Positions 7,696 to 19,023 of a stretch of 36,849 bases of DNA are shown here, piece after piece. The notes beneath the pieces were generated by a model. It worked only from the letters and a program-made list of their open reading frames with translations. It made no database searches and was not told the DNA's origin. A program made the position numbers and the translations under genes. The first letter of the stretch is position 1. Every line of letters begins with the position of its first letter. The DNA is from a virus (taxonomy: Duplodnaviria; Heunggongvirae; Uroviricota; Caudoviricetes): IMG/VR virus record IMGVR_UViG_3300028912_000018; one strand, given 5' to 3'.

Positions 7696-10245
7696 TTATT
7701 TACCTAGCATGAACTGCGATGGTGGGATCAGAAAGTCGTTCCCCTGCTCACGCTCAACACGGCGCTGATAACGCTCAAGAGAGCCTGGGTCAAGGGCATC
7801 TTGTATCCGGTTCAATATTAAACCATTCATCGCCGTACGAAGCCAGAACACGTTGAGGAATGGCGTATTGTCAAGTGCCGTGCGATACCAGTCACCCAAA
7901 TCAGCATCCCCTCTCGTGGTCTGCTGGAGCAGCGTGATAATGCTGTCAGCGTTCGATGCTGCTGGCCCCATTAGCGACGTAACCGGCCCGGCCCCCATGC
8001 GGTTGACCTCACCAAACATGAAGTCACCCAAGATGCCAAGACCGCCCCCCTGAGATGCGGCTGCGAGAAACGTCTTGGCATCTGCCGGGCGTGGTGTTTG
8101 CCCTTTCAGCATGAGTTTTGACTGCATGGAGATATAACCAAACATAGTCGCCCAGACAAAGAGGTTTGCAGCACCAAGGAAAGCCCCCTTCCCGTTACGT
8201 AGCAGCGCATTCGTCAGCGATCCGGTTTTCGACTCACCAAGCCCAGCAGGAATATAACCACGCCCGAATACTTCGCGTCCTAGTACGTTCTGCATGAAGC
8301 TTGCAGTGAACGATTTGTACTGACCAGCGAATCGTATTGCTTCCCCAGCCACCGTTCCTGGCACCGTGCCCATCTTCATAAACGCCTGCGTGCGATCGCC
8401 AGGCTCTGACATGGCGATATTCAGACGGTCAAGGATGTAGCCGCGCAACTGCCCTTCCAATTGATCGCGTGCGTCAGCGATAGCGCGCTGCGTTGGTTTG
8501 ATCCCCTTACTCTCTACATAACCGGCAATCACTTCGTCAGGCACGCCGCGGATGCCGCTGGTCGTCATGAACTTACGACCTTCGCTATCGGCCATGTCCA
8601 TGTTGCGAAAAATTTCCCACTCACGTTCGCCAATACCGTGCAGATCCAGCACGCGTCGCAGGTCTTCCGGTAGCCGCGCATGAGACTGGTCAGCATTCTT
8701 TGCAAGCCAGTTGGTTATCATCATGGCGTTGCTGTTGCGACCGCTCTCGGTCCAGAAGTTCATGAGGTTGTACTTAAAGAAAAGCTGCTGCGCGCGACCA
8801 AGCTTTCCATTCAGCGTGTCATCACCAGATATGCGCCGGATGATTTCCTGCGTCATGGAGTCGGAATAAACTCCGATAGAGGAAAGGATCTCTTTCTGCT
8901 CCGCGCTGTTGTAACGCGTGAAGCGGCCTCTCATAGCACCAAGCAACGCCTGCATAAAATTCTGCCCTTGGTAGCGCATCTCGGTAGCGGCGATAGGCAC
9001 GTCGTTAAACGATGAGATTACCGCGCCACCAAGTTGGCTCATACGCAACCAGCCGCGTACAGCCGCCGACGCATTGGCCCAGCCTACGCTGCCAGGAATA
9101 TTTAGCGAGCCGTCAACCTGCGGCATTACGGTACGGTTAATGCGACGCACCTTCGTCATGTAGTCAGCCAACGCTGCCGGTCTTCCGGATTTGCTGATAT
9201 CTTCAGCAATGGCGTCCGTCAGGTACTTAAACATGTTCTGTGGGTTAGTGCCCAGTACGCGCATCATGCCCGTTGTGCGGGCAGCGCTGTTTAAGCCACC
9301 AAACAGCGCTTCTCGCAGGCTGCCGGTGCCGAATTGCTGGTTGTACTCGTGCCACGAGATACCATCTTTGAAGTGCAAAATTCGCTCTTGGCTGGCGCGT
9401 TTAGCTGCGTTCGCCGATCCCTTAAAGCCATTCATCCAATCGGGCTTTTCAGATGTAAGATGCACGCCGGAAGCCAGCCCGTTATAAATGTTACGCATGA
9501 ACTGCTCGCGGTCAGCCACGCCGTCAAAAGTGCGCTCATCAAGGCGCGGGAGAATAGCATTTCGCCATGCTTCATAACCTGCGGCGCGGATCTTCATGAT
9601 GTCGTGTGACTGGCGCACTATATAGCCCGGCTCTTTGCGTATCCATGCCCCGGCGCGGTTCTCATCAATGCGCGCAGTTTCCTGCCATTTCATGATGATT
9701 TGTGCAGCGCTTACGGATTGCTTTGTCATACCGTCAGTTGACTGCCCGCGCCCTATGCGCCACATTGCATCGGCAATTTCCCGGTCATTGCTGCCGCTGG
9801 CGATGAATTGCACCAGCCCGGCACGGTCAAAATCGTAGTTGATACCGGAATGATACTTGCCGCGCAGTTGCGCCACCTCCGAAGATACCGACCGGCGGGC
9901 GCCGGTACGCGCATCGTTGCGGCCAACCAGCATTGCTTCAAGCCCGATATCCGGGCGGTCTTTCCAGATAGTACGAAGCTCTCTAAGTCGTTGTGCGGCA
10001 ATACGGGCGTCGATTGCCTTATTGCGAGCCTCAATCTGTTTTGCCAGCATATCGGCATTGCTCAGTTCTTCCGCTGCGCGCATCGCGGCCTCTTCCAGAG
10101 ACAGCGCCTCATTGGTCGCCAGAATTCGCCTAGTGGTGTCGTTCATGTCACGCACCAGCGACTCCATCTCATCGGAAGAAAGCTCGCGACCAGCGGCAGC
10201 ATTTACACTGCGCTCGCACTGCGTCAAAAATTCGTTTGCTGCCAT
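7696..10245 (-). CDS. large internal virion (core/ejection) protein
   Basis: 849 aa; ATGA start-stop overlap with upstream gene; position in operon. Confidence 0.65.
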   Translation of the reverse strand: MAANEFLTQCERSVNAAAGRELSSDEMESLVRDMNDTTRRILATNEALSLEEAAMRAAEELSNADMLAKQIEARNKAIDARIAAQRLRELRTIWKDRPDIGLEAMLVGRNDARTGARRSVSSEVAQLRGKYHSGINYDFDRAGLVQFIASGSNDREIADAMWRIGRGQSTDGMTKQSVSAAQIIMKWQETARIDENRAGAWIRKEPGYIVRQSHDIMKIRAAGYEAWRNAILPRLDERTFDGVADREQFMRNIYNGLASGVHLTSEKPDWMNGFKGSANAAKRASQERILHFKDGISWHEYNQQFGTGSLREALFGGLNSAARTTGMMRVLGTNPQNMFKYLTDAIAEDISKSGRPAALADYMTKVRRINRTVMPQVDGSLNIPGSVGWANASAAVRGWLRMSQLGGAVISSFNDVPIAATEMRYQGQNFMQALLGAMRGRFTRYNSAEQKEILSSIGVYSDSMTQEIIRRISGDDTLNGKLGRAQQLFFKYNLMNFWTESGRNSNAMMITNWLAKNADQSHARLPEDLRRVLDLHGIGEREWEIFRNMDMADSEGRKFMTTSGIRGVPDEVIAGYVESKGIKPTQRAIADARDQLEGQLRGYILDRLNIAMSEPGDRTQAFMKMGTVPGTVAGEAIRFAGQYKSFTASFMQNVLGREVFGRGYIPAGLGESKTGSLTNALLRNGKGAFLGAANLFVWATMFGYISMQSKLMLKGQTPRPADAKTFLAAASQGGGLGILGDFMFGEVNRMGAGPVTSLMGPAASNADSIITLLQQTTRGDADLGDWYRTALDNTPFLNVFWLRTAMNGLILNRIQDALDPGSLERYQRRVEREQGNDFLIPPSQFMLGK

Positions 10246-11942
10246 CACATCCCCCGGTTAATCATACAGGCGGCAAATGCCCGGAAAGCGTTGCTCATGC
10301 TATTGTCGCTGGCGTCGGCACGAATATCATTGAGTTTCTGGCGCAACGTGGTCGCAAGATCAGGGTTATCGACAGCGATATCGTCAAGCAGGGCGTTACT
10401 CAGGTTGAGCTCGTTATCAAGGTCTGCAGCGGCAGCGGTAATTTCATGATCTGCCTTTTGCGTTTCTTGATAAACCCGATCGGCTGTTTCGCTTGCTGGG
10501 CGAGCCGTTTCATCAACCTGCCGTGCCGGGTTCTGTATGCGATGGATGGCGCGTTCACGCAGTGCTGGTTTGTGCAGTTCATAGAAGGGCTCAACATCTG
10601 GGCTACGTCCTTCCATCATGTGTGCCAGCGCAGCGCGATACGCCTGCTGGTTCACGTTCCAGTCAGCATCCCTGATGGCGCTTGCGGCAGTGCGAACTGC
10701 GCCAGCGACCGGCGACATCTGCATGCCGTCCAGGATCTGCTGCGCACGCTCGGAAATGGTGACTTTCAGGTCGTCGGGGATCTCGCCGCGGGAAATCTGA
10801 GACTGGCGCCAGCGCGCCTGCTCTGCTGTCGCGTTCTGCTCCAGCGATGTGTTGATCTCCTGATTGCGTGCAGCGATGGCGTCTTTCTCGGCCTGAATCT
10901 CTTTCAGTGCCCTAGAGCGCGCATCCTTAAACTTCATCCGCTGCCCCTGATACTTTTTGGTGCGCTGCTGCAGCGTCGCATCAAGCGAGTCAGCATGACG
11001 TTGATTAGCCGCAAGCTCGGCACGCAGGTCGGCAACGTTACCGATCTGCCCGCTCTGTAACTCCTGCTGGCGCGCCATATAGTCAGGAACCACGTCGTCA
11101 TAAGCTCGGCTGTATGCGTAGCTCTCCGCTTCACTGGAAATGGCCGCCGCCAGATCTGCGTTAGCGCCAACCTCAGGGATATTCACGCCCGCCGGAATGT
11201 TGTCAGGCGTTATCACTGGGGTTGGCTGCGCATCGCCAGAAAACGCCGGGGACTCTCCCGTTGCAGCATCGGGAACGCGACGCGGTCGCACGATATCGGC
11301 GATAAGGCCGCCGCCGGCATGCATTAGACCGCCAGCCATCGTGTTAAAAAAAGTACTTTCCAACGCGTTGCTATAGGTGAAGTCGTCACCTTCCGCCGCC
11401 GCTGCCAGCCCGGTAAGCGGCACGGTCACCAACGCCTGCGCTGCCCCCATGCGTGCACCAGCAACAAATCGCTCGCCAAATCGGCCAAGCACAGAAGCCG
11501 CCTTTGCTTCTCCAGCGAACGGAACCAGCGCCAGCGCCACGTTACCAGGATCTGCCATTGAACCAGCTAGGCTGGCTGCGAAATTAAGCGGCGTGGCTAC
11601 CCACCCGCTCGGTGCCGACATCGCGATCTGCTGGCGTGCCAGAGAATCTTTGCGTTCGGCAATAACATGATCGAGAAAAGCCTGCGTAACGCCAGAATCT
11701 GGCACGTTTATGCTCTTTACGCCGTACTGCTTCAGGAGCTCATCCGCTTCCTGCTTACTGATAACTGTAGAGTTTGGGTCATTCGCCAGCGAGTCGGCCT
11801 GCGCAAAGCGGTAGCCGGACATGACCGGCCCCTCTTCAAATCCCTGCTTAAGGGAAGAAAGCAGCGATTCGCCAAGCCCTGCTGGCGCGTTGCCAATTGG
11901 CTGGTTAATTCCCTGTCCCGGATCATCTGTGTAAATTGGCAT
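10245..11942 (-). CDS. internal virion (core/ejection) protein
   Basis: 565 aa; coiled-coil-rich; tightly coupled to neighbours. Confidence 0.6.
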   Translation of the reverse strand: MPIYTDDPGQGINQPIGNAPAGLGESLLSSLKQGFEEGPVMSGYRFAQADSLANDPNSTVISKQEADELLKQYGVKSINVPDSGVTQAFLDHVIAERKDSLARQQIAMSAPSGWVATPLNFAASLAGSMADPGNVALALVPFAGEAKAASVLGRFGERFVAGARMGAAQALVTVPLTGLAAAAEGDDFTYSNALESTFFNTMAGGLMHAGGGLIADIVRPRRVPDAATGESPAFSGDAQPTPVITPDNIPAGVNIPEVGANADLAAAISSEAESYAYSRAYDDVVPDYMARQQELQSGQIGNVADLRAELAANQRHADSLDATLQQRTKKYQGQRMKFKDARSRALKEIQAEKDAIAARNQEINTSLEQNATAEQARWRQSQISRGEIPDDLKVTISERAQQILDGMQMSPVAGAVRTAASAIRDADWNVNQQAYRAALAHMMEGRSPDVEPFYELHKPALRERAIHRIQNPARQVDETARPASETADRVYQETQKADHEITAAAADLDNELNLSNALLDDIAVDNPDLATTLRQKLNDIRADASDNSMSNAFRAFAACMINRGM

Positions 11943-11943
11943 G

Positions 11944-14565
11944 TTATCGTCCTGATTGCTGGCCGTTCTGGAAAATGTTAATCAGGTTGTCGCGCTGACT
12001 TTCTGCGCTGTATTCCTTAGACTGTCCGGGAGTATATTTCACCGGAGTATCAATGAACTTGGTAATGCTGTTCCATACTGATCGGTTGGTTGTTCCCAGT
12101 TTCGCCAGATCGTTGAACGGCACCGTAATCGGGTTGCCGTCGGCACCGTTGACGATCAGCCCGTTGAGCATCAGGGTAAGTCCTGTTTCGTCGCTGTTGG
12201 TAACCCACTGCGCATTATCACGAATGCGGGAGATACTCTGCTCACGGTTGACCTCATCAGGTAGCCTTGGGTCACCAATAAGCGGCATAATCTGATCTGC
12301 TGACAGGTTTTTCAGATACGCATTGGCACCATCGTTAACGTCACGAATATCTATCCCTGCACGCTTAGGTAGCCGCCAAGTGCCATTGGTCTGGTACTGC
12401 TCGCCGAGGATGTCCTGATACGCCTGTTTTGCTGCATCAGACGCCGACATTCCGCGCTGCATGTTGATGTAAGTAAGTCGTTTTCCCTGCTCGTTGAAGT
12501 TATTCCACACGGCAGTGCCACCAGGCTGAACAACCATCGTGCCAGCAAAATCTTTCGATTGGTCATTCCATGACGAGTCGGCGCTATCCGCGTCGGTTTT
12601 CTCAAGACTGCCGCGTAAGTCAGCAGTTTTAACGCTACGGTTTTGCCAGAGCGCATTTGCCGCGCGCGGGTTCTCGGTAGCCATGACAACCTGCAACGCA
12701 GGATAAGCGCTCTTCTGAACCTGCTGCATCACCTGATCCGAGTATTTGCCGAACGACTGCGCCACCGACTGAATGGCCTTTACGCTAGATTCCTGCGTGT
12801 TGTCAATACGCTGCAGTACGTCGTTGACCATGGACTCCGGTAAAACTTTTTTGCTCATTATCCCCAGGCGGTCTTTTTCAGACTGTATGCGGGAAACTAG
12901 GTATTCACCAGATGAAGGGTCATTCAGGTACTGCTGGAATGCAGCCTGCACAACCGGAGAGTTTTGTTGCAGCCATGCCCCCGGATCCGCTTCCCGCGCC
13001 TTCAGTACCTGCCCAAGCTTGACCTTTGCCGATGCATAAAGCTCTGCTTTGTATTTAAAGTCAGGGTCGTTTTCCTGCGGTGCCATTGCCTGCACGGCGG
13101 CGGTACCCTGCTGGACGTTGCCCTGCATAATGGTCTGATAAACAGGTTGTAGCGTCATTGCCTGCTGGTATTGCTGGAAGGTTTTTTCCATCTGCAGGCG
13201 CTCGGCAGGCGCTGCCTGAAGCGGCATAACGGCGGCCCATTCGTGCGCTGAAATAGGCGTCACCTGCTTACCGGCCTCAATTTTGGATAGGTCGTCCTGC
13301 ATTCGACTCTGTAGCGCAACGCGACCGGCTGAAGCCTGCATGTCGTACATGCCAGCAACCTTGCTCATCATCTGCGACTTTTTGTCCGGACTCATGGCGT
13401 TCCAGAATGGCTGTGCGATGAGGTTTTCCATCGTCGCAGATCCAGGAATAGCTCCAGCACTGCCAGTTACTTTTGCCACATAATTGCGCGTCTCGTCGTA
13501 TGGGATAGCTGCGGCAAACTGGGCGTTACTGACTTCGCCTGTGCGCGGATCGCCAATCTGTTTAATCCAGCCGTCAACCTTTCCTGGGCCAGCGTTATAG
13601 GCAGCTACTGCCAGAACCGGGTTATTGTCGTATTTCTTCATCTGCGCGCCGAAATAAGCTTGCCCCAAGCGGGCATTATAGCGCGGGTCATTCAACCATT
13701 TATCTCGGTCCCACGGCACGCCAGCAAGGCGGGCAGCTTCGGGGCCAGTATCTTCCGTCACCTGCGCTACGCCAACAGCGCCTTTTGGCGACACCAGAGG
13801 TGTTCCGTCCTTTCCGTACTGATTTCCGCCACTCTCCTGCCAGATTATTGCAGAGAATAACTGCGCCTCACTCGGTGTATCGGTTACCTCAATCTTGCCG
13901 TTCGGACCCATCATCTGTTGATACATCGGCACATACCACGCCTCCGCCGCACCGTTCGCGGCATTCTCGCGCCACGAAACCCAGTTCTGTTCGATCTCTT
14001 CCTGACTCTGGCCGTGGGCTTCGCCGTAAGCGATGATGCTATGATATGCCTTCAATCCTGCCTGGTTTGCCATTGTCGGGTTACGGAACTGCATCGATAG
14101 GTTTTTTAGTGTCGCATCCTGCATATCCGCCTCATACTGGCGAACCTGTCCTATTTCGTACCTCCCGGCCTGCGTAGTGAACTGAATGCGCTGCTGCTGC
14201 GCCTGCTGCATGAAAGCATTACGAGCCTGTTCATCCGGCAGCGACATAGCCAGTTGTTCGACCTGAGCATCAAACTGCTGCGTATACTCATGGCCTTTTC
14301 CAATAGCATTTTTCCCTTTCAGGTTAAGCAATCCTGTTTCAGGATTATTCAGCAGATCGCTGCTTATCTGACTGAGGTTAAGAGATGCCTCCTGAGCCAG
14401 AGCGATATTGGCACGCTGTTTTGCCTGCCCCAAAACATCAATTGCCTCTGTCCCTGCCCGAACAAAAGCATCACCAATACCTGGCTGAGAAAACGTCTGC
14501 AAGCCTGCTGACTGAACTCCACGACTCTCAACCTGACGTCCGGATACTGTTGGTACGACTGGCAT
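11944..14565 (-). CDS. internal virion protein with lytic transglycosylase (SLT) domain
   Basis: SLT motifs IIWQESGGNQ and AYNAGPGKV; start moved to ATG 14565 (GGAGG SD, TAATG overlap with upstream stop). Confidence 0.75.
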   Translation of the reverse strand: MPVVPTVSGRQVESRGVQSAGLQTFSQPGIGDAFVRAGTEAIDVLGQAKQRANIALAQEASLNLSQISSDLLNNPETGLLNLKGKNAIGKGHEYTQQFDAQVEQLAMSLPDEQARNAFMQQAQQQRIQFTTQAGRYEIGQVRQYEADMQDATLKNLSMQFRNPTMANQAGLKAYHSIIAYGEAHGQSQEEIEQNWVSWRENAANGAAEAWYVPMYQQMMGPNGKIEVTDTPSEAQLFSAIIWQESGGNQYGKDGTPLVSPKGAVGVAQVTEDTGPEAARLAGVPWDRDKWLNDPRYNARLGQAYFGAQMKKYDNNPVLAVAAYNAGPGKVDGWIKQIGDPRTGEVSNAQFAAAIPYDETRNYVAKVTGSAGAIPGSATMENLIAQPFWNAMSPDKKSQMMSKVAGMYDMQASAGRVALQSRMQDDLSKIEAGKQVTPISAHEWAAVMPLQAAPAERLQMEKTFQQYQQAMTLQPVYQTIMQGNVQQGTAAVQAMAPQENDPDFKYKAELYASAKVKLGQVLKAREADPGAWLQQNSPVVQAAFQQYLNDPSSGEYLVSRIQSEKDRLGIMSKKVLPESMVNDVLQRIDNTQESSVKAIQSVAQSFGKYSDQVMQQVQKSAYPALQVVMATENPRAANALWQNRSVKTADLRGSLEKTDADSADSSWNDQSKDFAGTMVVQPGGTAVWNNFNEQGKRLTYINMQRGMSASDAAKQAYQDILGEQYQTNGTWRLPKRAGIDIRDVNDGANAYLKNLSADQIMPLIGDPRLPDEVNREQSISRIRDNAQWVTNSDETGLTLMLNGLIVNGADGNPITVPFNDLAKLGTTNRSVWNSITKFIDTPVKYTPGQSKEYSAESQRDNLINIFQNGQQSGR

Positions 14566-15110
14566 TATAATCCTCCGGGTAATCTGGTTCCTGCTGCTGC
14601 CCCGATTGGCGCAGGAGTGCTTTGAGTAAACGGACTCCACGTCCCACCAAACATCTGGTACGCACCGTATGCCTTCAGAGGCGCAGTGAGCAATGTTGTT
14701 GCTGCTCCCACATTCCCCTGTTTACGGGCTGAACTGGCTTCTGCTTTATAGTTGGCAGCCTGAACCTGATAACCGTAAGCCTCGCGTTGCGCGTTATTCA
14801 CCGTCGTCAGAGAATCAAGAGCGCCAAACTGGGCAGTGTCGCCAAATATATCCAGCGCGTTACCTGTAGATAAATCAGCGCCGGTAGCCCCCATTGTCGC
14901 CGCCTGTGTACCAAGCCGCTGTCGGGTCTCTCTGCGCCGTTGCTCAGCTTCAGCGTTACCTCTGTTTATTGCATCATTTGCCTGAGCTGTGGCTATATCT
15001 GCGTTCGCTTCTGCAACCTTCGAGGCATACTTTCCCTGTTGGTACTGGGTGTATGCCTGAATGCCACTCATGGCGAGCATTGCGCCACCAGCAATAACCG
15101 GATCGCACAT
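14565..15110 (-). CDS. small internal virion protein (T7 gp14-like by position)
   Basis: 181 aa; hydrophobic N-terminal segment; Ala/Gln-rich. Confidence 0.5.
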   Translation of the reverse strand: MCDPVIAGGAMLAMSGIQAYTQYQQGKYASKVAEANADIATAQANDAINRGNAEAEQRRRETRQRLGTQAATMGATGADLSTGNALDIFGDTAQFGALDSLTTVNNAQREAYGYQVQAANYKAEASSARKQGNVGAATTLLTAPLKAYGAYQMFGGTWSPFTQSTPAPIGAAAGTRLPGGL

Positions 15111-15574
15111 TATTTTCTCTCCATGTGAAATCTGTGGAAATTAAGACCAAGAGCACCATAAGGCGCGGCTTCTTCAAGCCTGAATCCAAGCCAGTGCAGC
15201 CATGCTTTGGCAACATGGTTTCGCTCGTCGACGTAGTTTTCCAGGCGCGGATAAACTGCCAGCATCTGCTGCAATACAGGGCGGCAGTGGCGAAGAAATG
15301 TCTTCTGATATTTTTCAATACGGCTGGTTCCTACCAGCCAGGGCGTACCATTGCCACCGATCATTGACGCCGGAGATACGCCAAACATGGTTACCAGTTC
15401 TCCGTTCGCAAATCCTGACCAGGCCATAGTCGCAGTACGCAGACCAACACGCAGCGCATCTTCGGTAGTCATCAGTGATACCGCATACAGTTCGTCAATA
15501 TCAGCCTGACGAACATCCGGCAAAATCATCTGAAGATGCTCTTCGGTTGCGGGAATAATTTGAACATCGATCAT
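15110..15574 (-). CDS. virion-associated hypothetical protein
   Basis: 154 aa; overlapping stop/start with neighbours. Confidence 0.5.
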   Translation of the reverse strand: MIDVQIIPATEEHLQMILPDVRQADIDELYAVSLMTTEDALRVGLRTATMAWSGFANGELVTMFGVSPASMIGGNGTPWLVGTSRIEKYQKTFLRHCRPVLQQMLAVYPRLENYVDERNHVAKAWLHWLGFRLEEAAPYGALGLNFHRFHMERK

Positions 15575-18045
15575 CAGAACCCACCAACAGTAAGGCGAGG
15601 AATAACGGCAAGAACAGACAGCGGCAACGGATCAAGCTGACGGATTTTTACACGTCCGTTTTTTCCCCAGTTACTGTCCAGTTTCACTTCTACTTTTCCG
15701 GTAGCATCATCAACAGGATCATCGTAGAACTCGAATTCACGCTGTGGATATTCGTACCATTTACCGCCGGGCGTAGTCGCCCAGATGCCGCGACTGGCAT
15801 TCACAACCAGAGTAACGGACGGGATCACCTGTTTTTTGTCCAGCAGCGTTTCCTGTCCGTTAATGTTGATATCCAGTGTTTCGAATTCAGCAGTTATTGG
15901 CAGGCCGATGTGCACTACAGCCCCCGGTGATTCCAGCGTGACGGCACCTCCGGAAACCACTTTCTGTGGTTCCACGTTCGCATCAGAGAGAATGTTTACG
16001 GTCTGGCCTTCAAGATGAGACAGGCCTCCAAATGTCCGGCGCGCCATCTGCCAGTTCGTGGTGGCCACATTCCTGAGGGATGGCGGGACGTTCCTGTTAG
16101 CACGAACCACTACAGCGGTATTGCTGGTTACAGAAATAATGTCGCAACGTAATTCTTTTGACACCTCATCGCCAGTATCAGGATCAGTTCCGGTATAAGG
16201 GAACTGTAGTTGCGCGCCGACATCACTACTGGTGAAGTACGCACCACCAGAAACACTGATTGTATATTCCGCGCGGTAATCCCATTCGCCAGAACCACCA
16301 GTGATGATCATCGTTCTGTCAGACGTATTTCTTCCATCATAGCTAAGGCCAGAATCAACAAAGAAAGCATCTTCATCGCTGGTAAATAAACGGCTGGACA
16401 GTCGCTCGATGTATCTCACTGTTTGCCCGTTAACGGTTCGGTTAACGACGAAATACACCGCATCTTCATTGCCTTCGCTGATACTGCATGTGCTTTCATA
16501 TTTTCCGGTACTGGATTGTGGTGCCCATGCAAAAACCTGCTGATCACGCAAATAGGTCATCACCAGTAATTTACCGTCATCACGGATGCAGAAGGCGCTG
16601 GAGTAAGGGACTATTGAGAAGCACCAGTCAACAATGCTGTGCTTCTGAAAAAGATGATTGGCAAGGATAGTAAGGTCGTTCCCCTGATAGCCGTCAACAT
16701 CGAATGAGTAGGCCAGATCACGGACAACACTGCCTTTCTCCTGGACGAACAGAGCAATATTCGCCACGGCAATTGGTGGGACATTGCTCGAGCCATTTGA
16801 TCCCTGAGAGCTGAATGCAAATGATGATGGGGTAAGCACTTTGTTCTGGTCGCCAGTGATGACGTACTCACCTCCGGAAGTCAGCGCCACCAGCGAACCA
16901 ACATCAATCAGGTGACGGATCTCATTAACCTGACGCCCGGCATAGGTGTAGATAATTCTGTCGTCATCCTGCGTAGGATTGCTTTTGCCAAAATCCTTAT
17001 AATCCCCAGTACGGCTGGCCCAGATAGTCTGAGGGAACGCAGTCGATGCGGCGAAGTAAAGACGCTGTTGATAATAAACAACAGTGCCAGGATAACCATT
17101 AACACTGTTCCAGGCATATTTAGCCCATTTATAGCTGGCATTATCCTCGCCAACGACCTGCGAAGGGATATAGGAAATCACCTCGGCAGTTGCAGTAGTG
17201 CCGTTTACAGCAGTGATACGGGTAATGCCAAACCCACTGTGCAGATACTCCCACTCAATGCCAGTATCATCATCACCGGATCCTCCCCAGCCATCCCATG
17301 ATGTGCCTTCTGTATGCGAAGGGCGCAAAGTGCCTGTTTTGCCTGCTGTAACGGCGCGATAGTAGTTACTGTCTGCACGGCGAATATCGCCAATCGACGT
17401 ACTCTTACTGGTTTCCCATACCGGCACAGAATCCACTGCAGGCTGTTCCAGATAGAACAATTTGCCTACCTGCTCCGCGCCAAAAATAGAGGCGCTTGCC
17501 GTTAACGTAATTGTCCCGGTGCTGGCGCTGGCATAAACCGTCACTGACTCGTCAATATTGATATCTTCAAATGGCCCGTTCTTCGTTACTACATCAACCA
17601 GTTGCCAGTTGTCATGCGCATAGCGGCGCAACTCTTTCGGCGGGTATGCCGGATGAACCAGCGTAAGCACGTCTGCGCTTTGCGTGAATTTAATTCGGAA
17701 CAGATCGGCTTCAGTATATGGCGTGGCAATTTCATAAATAACATTGCTGCTGTTCAACACCAACGCACCATCTTTGATAACGCGCATGTACTGGTGTCCG
17801 AACTCCAAAGCATAAGTCTGAACCGTCGAGAACTGGAACGGGATCAGGCGGCATTTCCGATTTGGGTATTTGGCGGCACCGACAAAACGCGTACCAGGTC
17901 GATTCTCAACGCCGCCATACTGCCGCACGATAAAGTTATCGCACTTGCGCAATGCCACCTGGTACTTCGCCATGTCAATACGCCCGTACAACGACGGTCC
18001 AATCTCACCACCGGCAAAGCTGGGCTGGATCCAACTGATAGCCAT
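15574..18045 (-). CDS. tail tubular protein B-like (nozzle)
   Basis: 823 aa; size and position after a gp11-like gene, as in T7-like tails. Confidence 0.6.
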   Translation of the reverse strand: MAISWIQPSFAGGEIGPSLYGRIDMAKYQVALRKCDNFIVRQYGGVENRPGTRFVGAAKYPNRKCRLIPFQFSTVQTYALEFGHQYMRVIKDGALVLNSSNVIYEIATPYTEADLFRIKFTQSADVLTLVHPAYPPKELRRYAHDNWQLVDVVTKNGPFEDINIDESVTVYASASTGTITLTASASIFGAEQVGKLFYLEQPAVDSVPVWETSKSTSIGDIRRADSNYYRAVTAGKTGTLRPSHTEGTSWDGWGGSGDDDTGIEWEYLHSGFGITRITAVNGTTATAEVISYIPSQVVGEDNASYKWAKYAWNSVNGYPGTVVYYQQRLYFAASTAFPQTIWASRTGDYKDFGKSNPTQDDDRIIYTYAGRQVNEIRHLIDVGSLVALTSGGEYVITGDQNKVLTPSSFAFSSQGSNGSSNVPPIAVANIALFVQEKGSVVRDLAYSFDVDGYQGNDLTILANHLFQKHSIVDWCFSIVPYSSAFCIRDDGKLLVMTYLRDQQVFAWAPQSSTGKYESTCSISEGNEDAVYFVVNRTVNGQTVRYIERLSSRLFTSDEDAFFVDSGLSYDGRNTSDRTMIITGGSGEWDYRAEYTISVSGGAYFTSSDVGAQLQFPYTGTDPDTGDEVSKELRCDIISVTSNTAVVVRANRNVPPSLRNVATTNWQMARRTFGGLSHLEGQTVNILSDANVEPQKVVSGGAVTLESPGAVVHIGLPITAEFETLDININGQETLLDKKQVIPSVTLVVNASRGIWATTPGGKWYEYPQREFEFYDDPVDDATGKVEVKLDSNWGKNGRVKIRQLDPLPLSVLAVIPRLTVGGF

Positions 18046-18653
18046 CAGGACAACCTCGCAATGGTAAACTCATCAACCGGTGGCTGTGGTTCCTGTGATT
18101 CATTCTGGCTACGCGAGCCAGCACTAAGAATCACGCGATTGTACATATTGAGGGCAAACGTACCGAGGTCTGCATTCCCAGTCAGCGCCATGTTAATAGC
18201 TGCCGCAAGACGCCAGGCCAACGCCTCCATAAAAATGGCATCAAACATGTTCACATCTGAAACGCGAGAGACATACTTGAGCCATGCCTGCGGCTGGTCT
18301 GTGTAGATCAACTTTCCTGTTCCGTTGGTGTCTGCACCAACTTCGTACTGAACGCGCATTGCTGCTGTTGGATTGCGTACACCAGGAAGCATAATTTCAG
18401 TAATGCGCAGACAATCGGACGGGTACTGGTACGCATATTCCCAGTCAGGCGGTGGATTGTTCGTATCTGCAAGCGCCACGCGTTTGGTAGCAAAGTTCCA
18501 GTCAAAATCAGAAAGCACAGCATCACGGCAGGCCTCAAAGTGCAGCGAACATTCCCCTGCTTCCTTGCTGGCTTCCGTCAGGCTGTTAATGCTGCGGCTG
18601 TTGCCAATATTGGACAGCGCACGATTACAGATCTCTACTACAGAGGCCATCAC
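18045..18653 (-). CDS. tail tubular protein A-like (adaptor)
   Basis: 202 aa; N-terminal pattern VEICNRALSNIG...DFDWNF resembles T7 gp11 (from memory). Confidence 0.55.
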   Translation of the reverse strand: MMASVVEICNRALSNIGNSRSINSLTEASKEAGECSLHFEACRDAVLSDFDWNFATKRVALADTNNPPPDWEYAYQYPSDCLRITEIMLPGVRNPTAAMRVQYEVGADTNGTGKLIYTDQPQAWLKYVSRVSDVNMFDAIFMEALAWRLAAAINMALTGNADLGTFALNMYNRVILSAGSRSQNESQEPQPPVDEFTIARLS

Positions 18654-18979
18654 TCACCCCCGTTACCGTAGAGGGTTTCAGCCGCTGATTTTTCTACATC
18701 ACCGGAAACAGGAGCGATTGCCATATCAGTGATCTGCAGATCGGCGCTGCGATTAACACCATCGTCAGTTTCTCTGGCAGACAGGCCTCGAATAACAGCC
18801 TTTGCAGTTATCATCACTTCTGTTCCGACGCCCTGAGGTTGCGCCTTCAGCTTATTCAATGTGTCGTTATTAAGAGTGATGCACAGCCCCCACGGGTATT
18901 CATCGCGAGTTCTGGTTTCTCCGCTCTCATCCTGGTAGCTGTCAGTGCCGGTTTTGAGGTTTACGAGTTCCATATACAC
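18650..18979 (-). CDS. hypothetical virion protein
   Basis: 109 aa; operon context. Confidence 0.45.
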   Translation of the reverse strand: MYMELVNLKTGTDSYQDESGETRTRDEYPWGLCITLNNDTLNKLKAQPQGVGTEVMITAKAVIRGLSARETDDGVNRSADLQITDMAIAPVSGDVEKSAAETLYGNGGE

Positions 18980-19023
18980 TCCTGCAATAAAGGGGCCGAA
19001 GCCCCTTGTCTGATTCGCGAGGC

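Noticed and set aside
7853-11060. Plus-strand ORFs inside the large virion genes (for example 9808-10449, 10236-11060, 11377-11670)
   Set aside because: They lie antisense within long minus-strand genes with coupled starts and have Arg/Ala/Ser-rich composition typical of antisense frames of GC-rich coding DNA.
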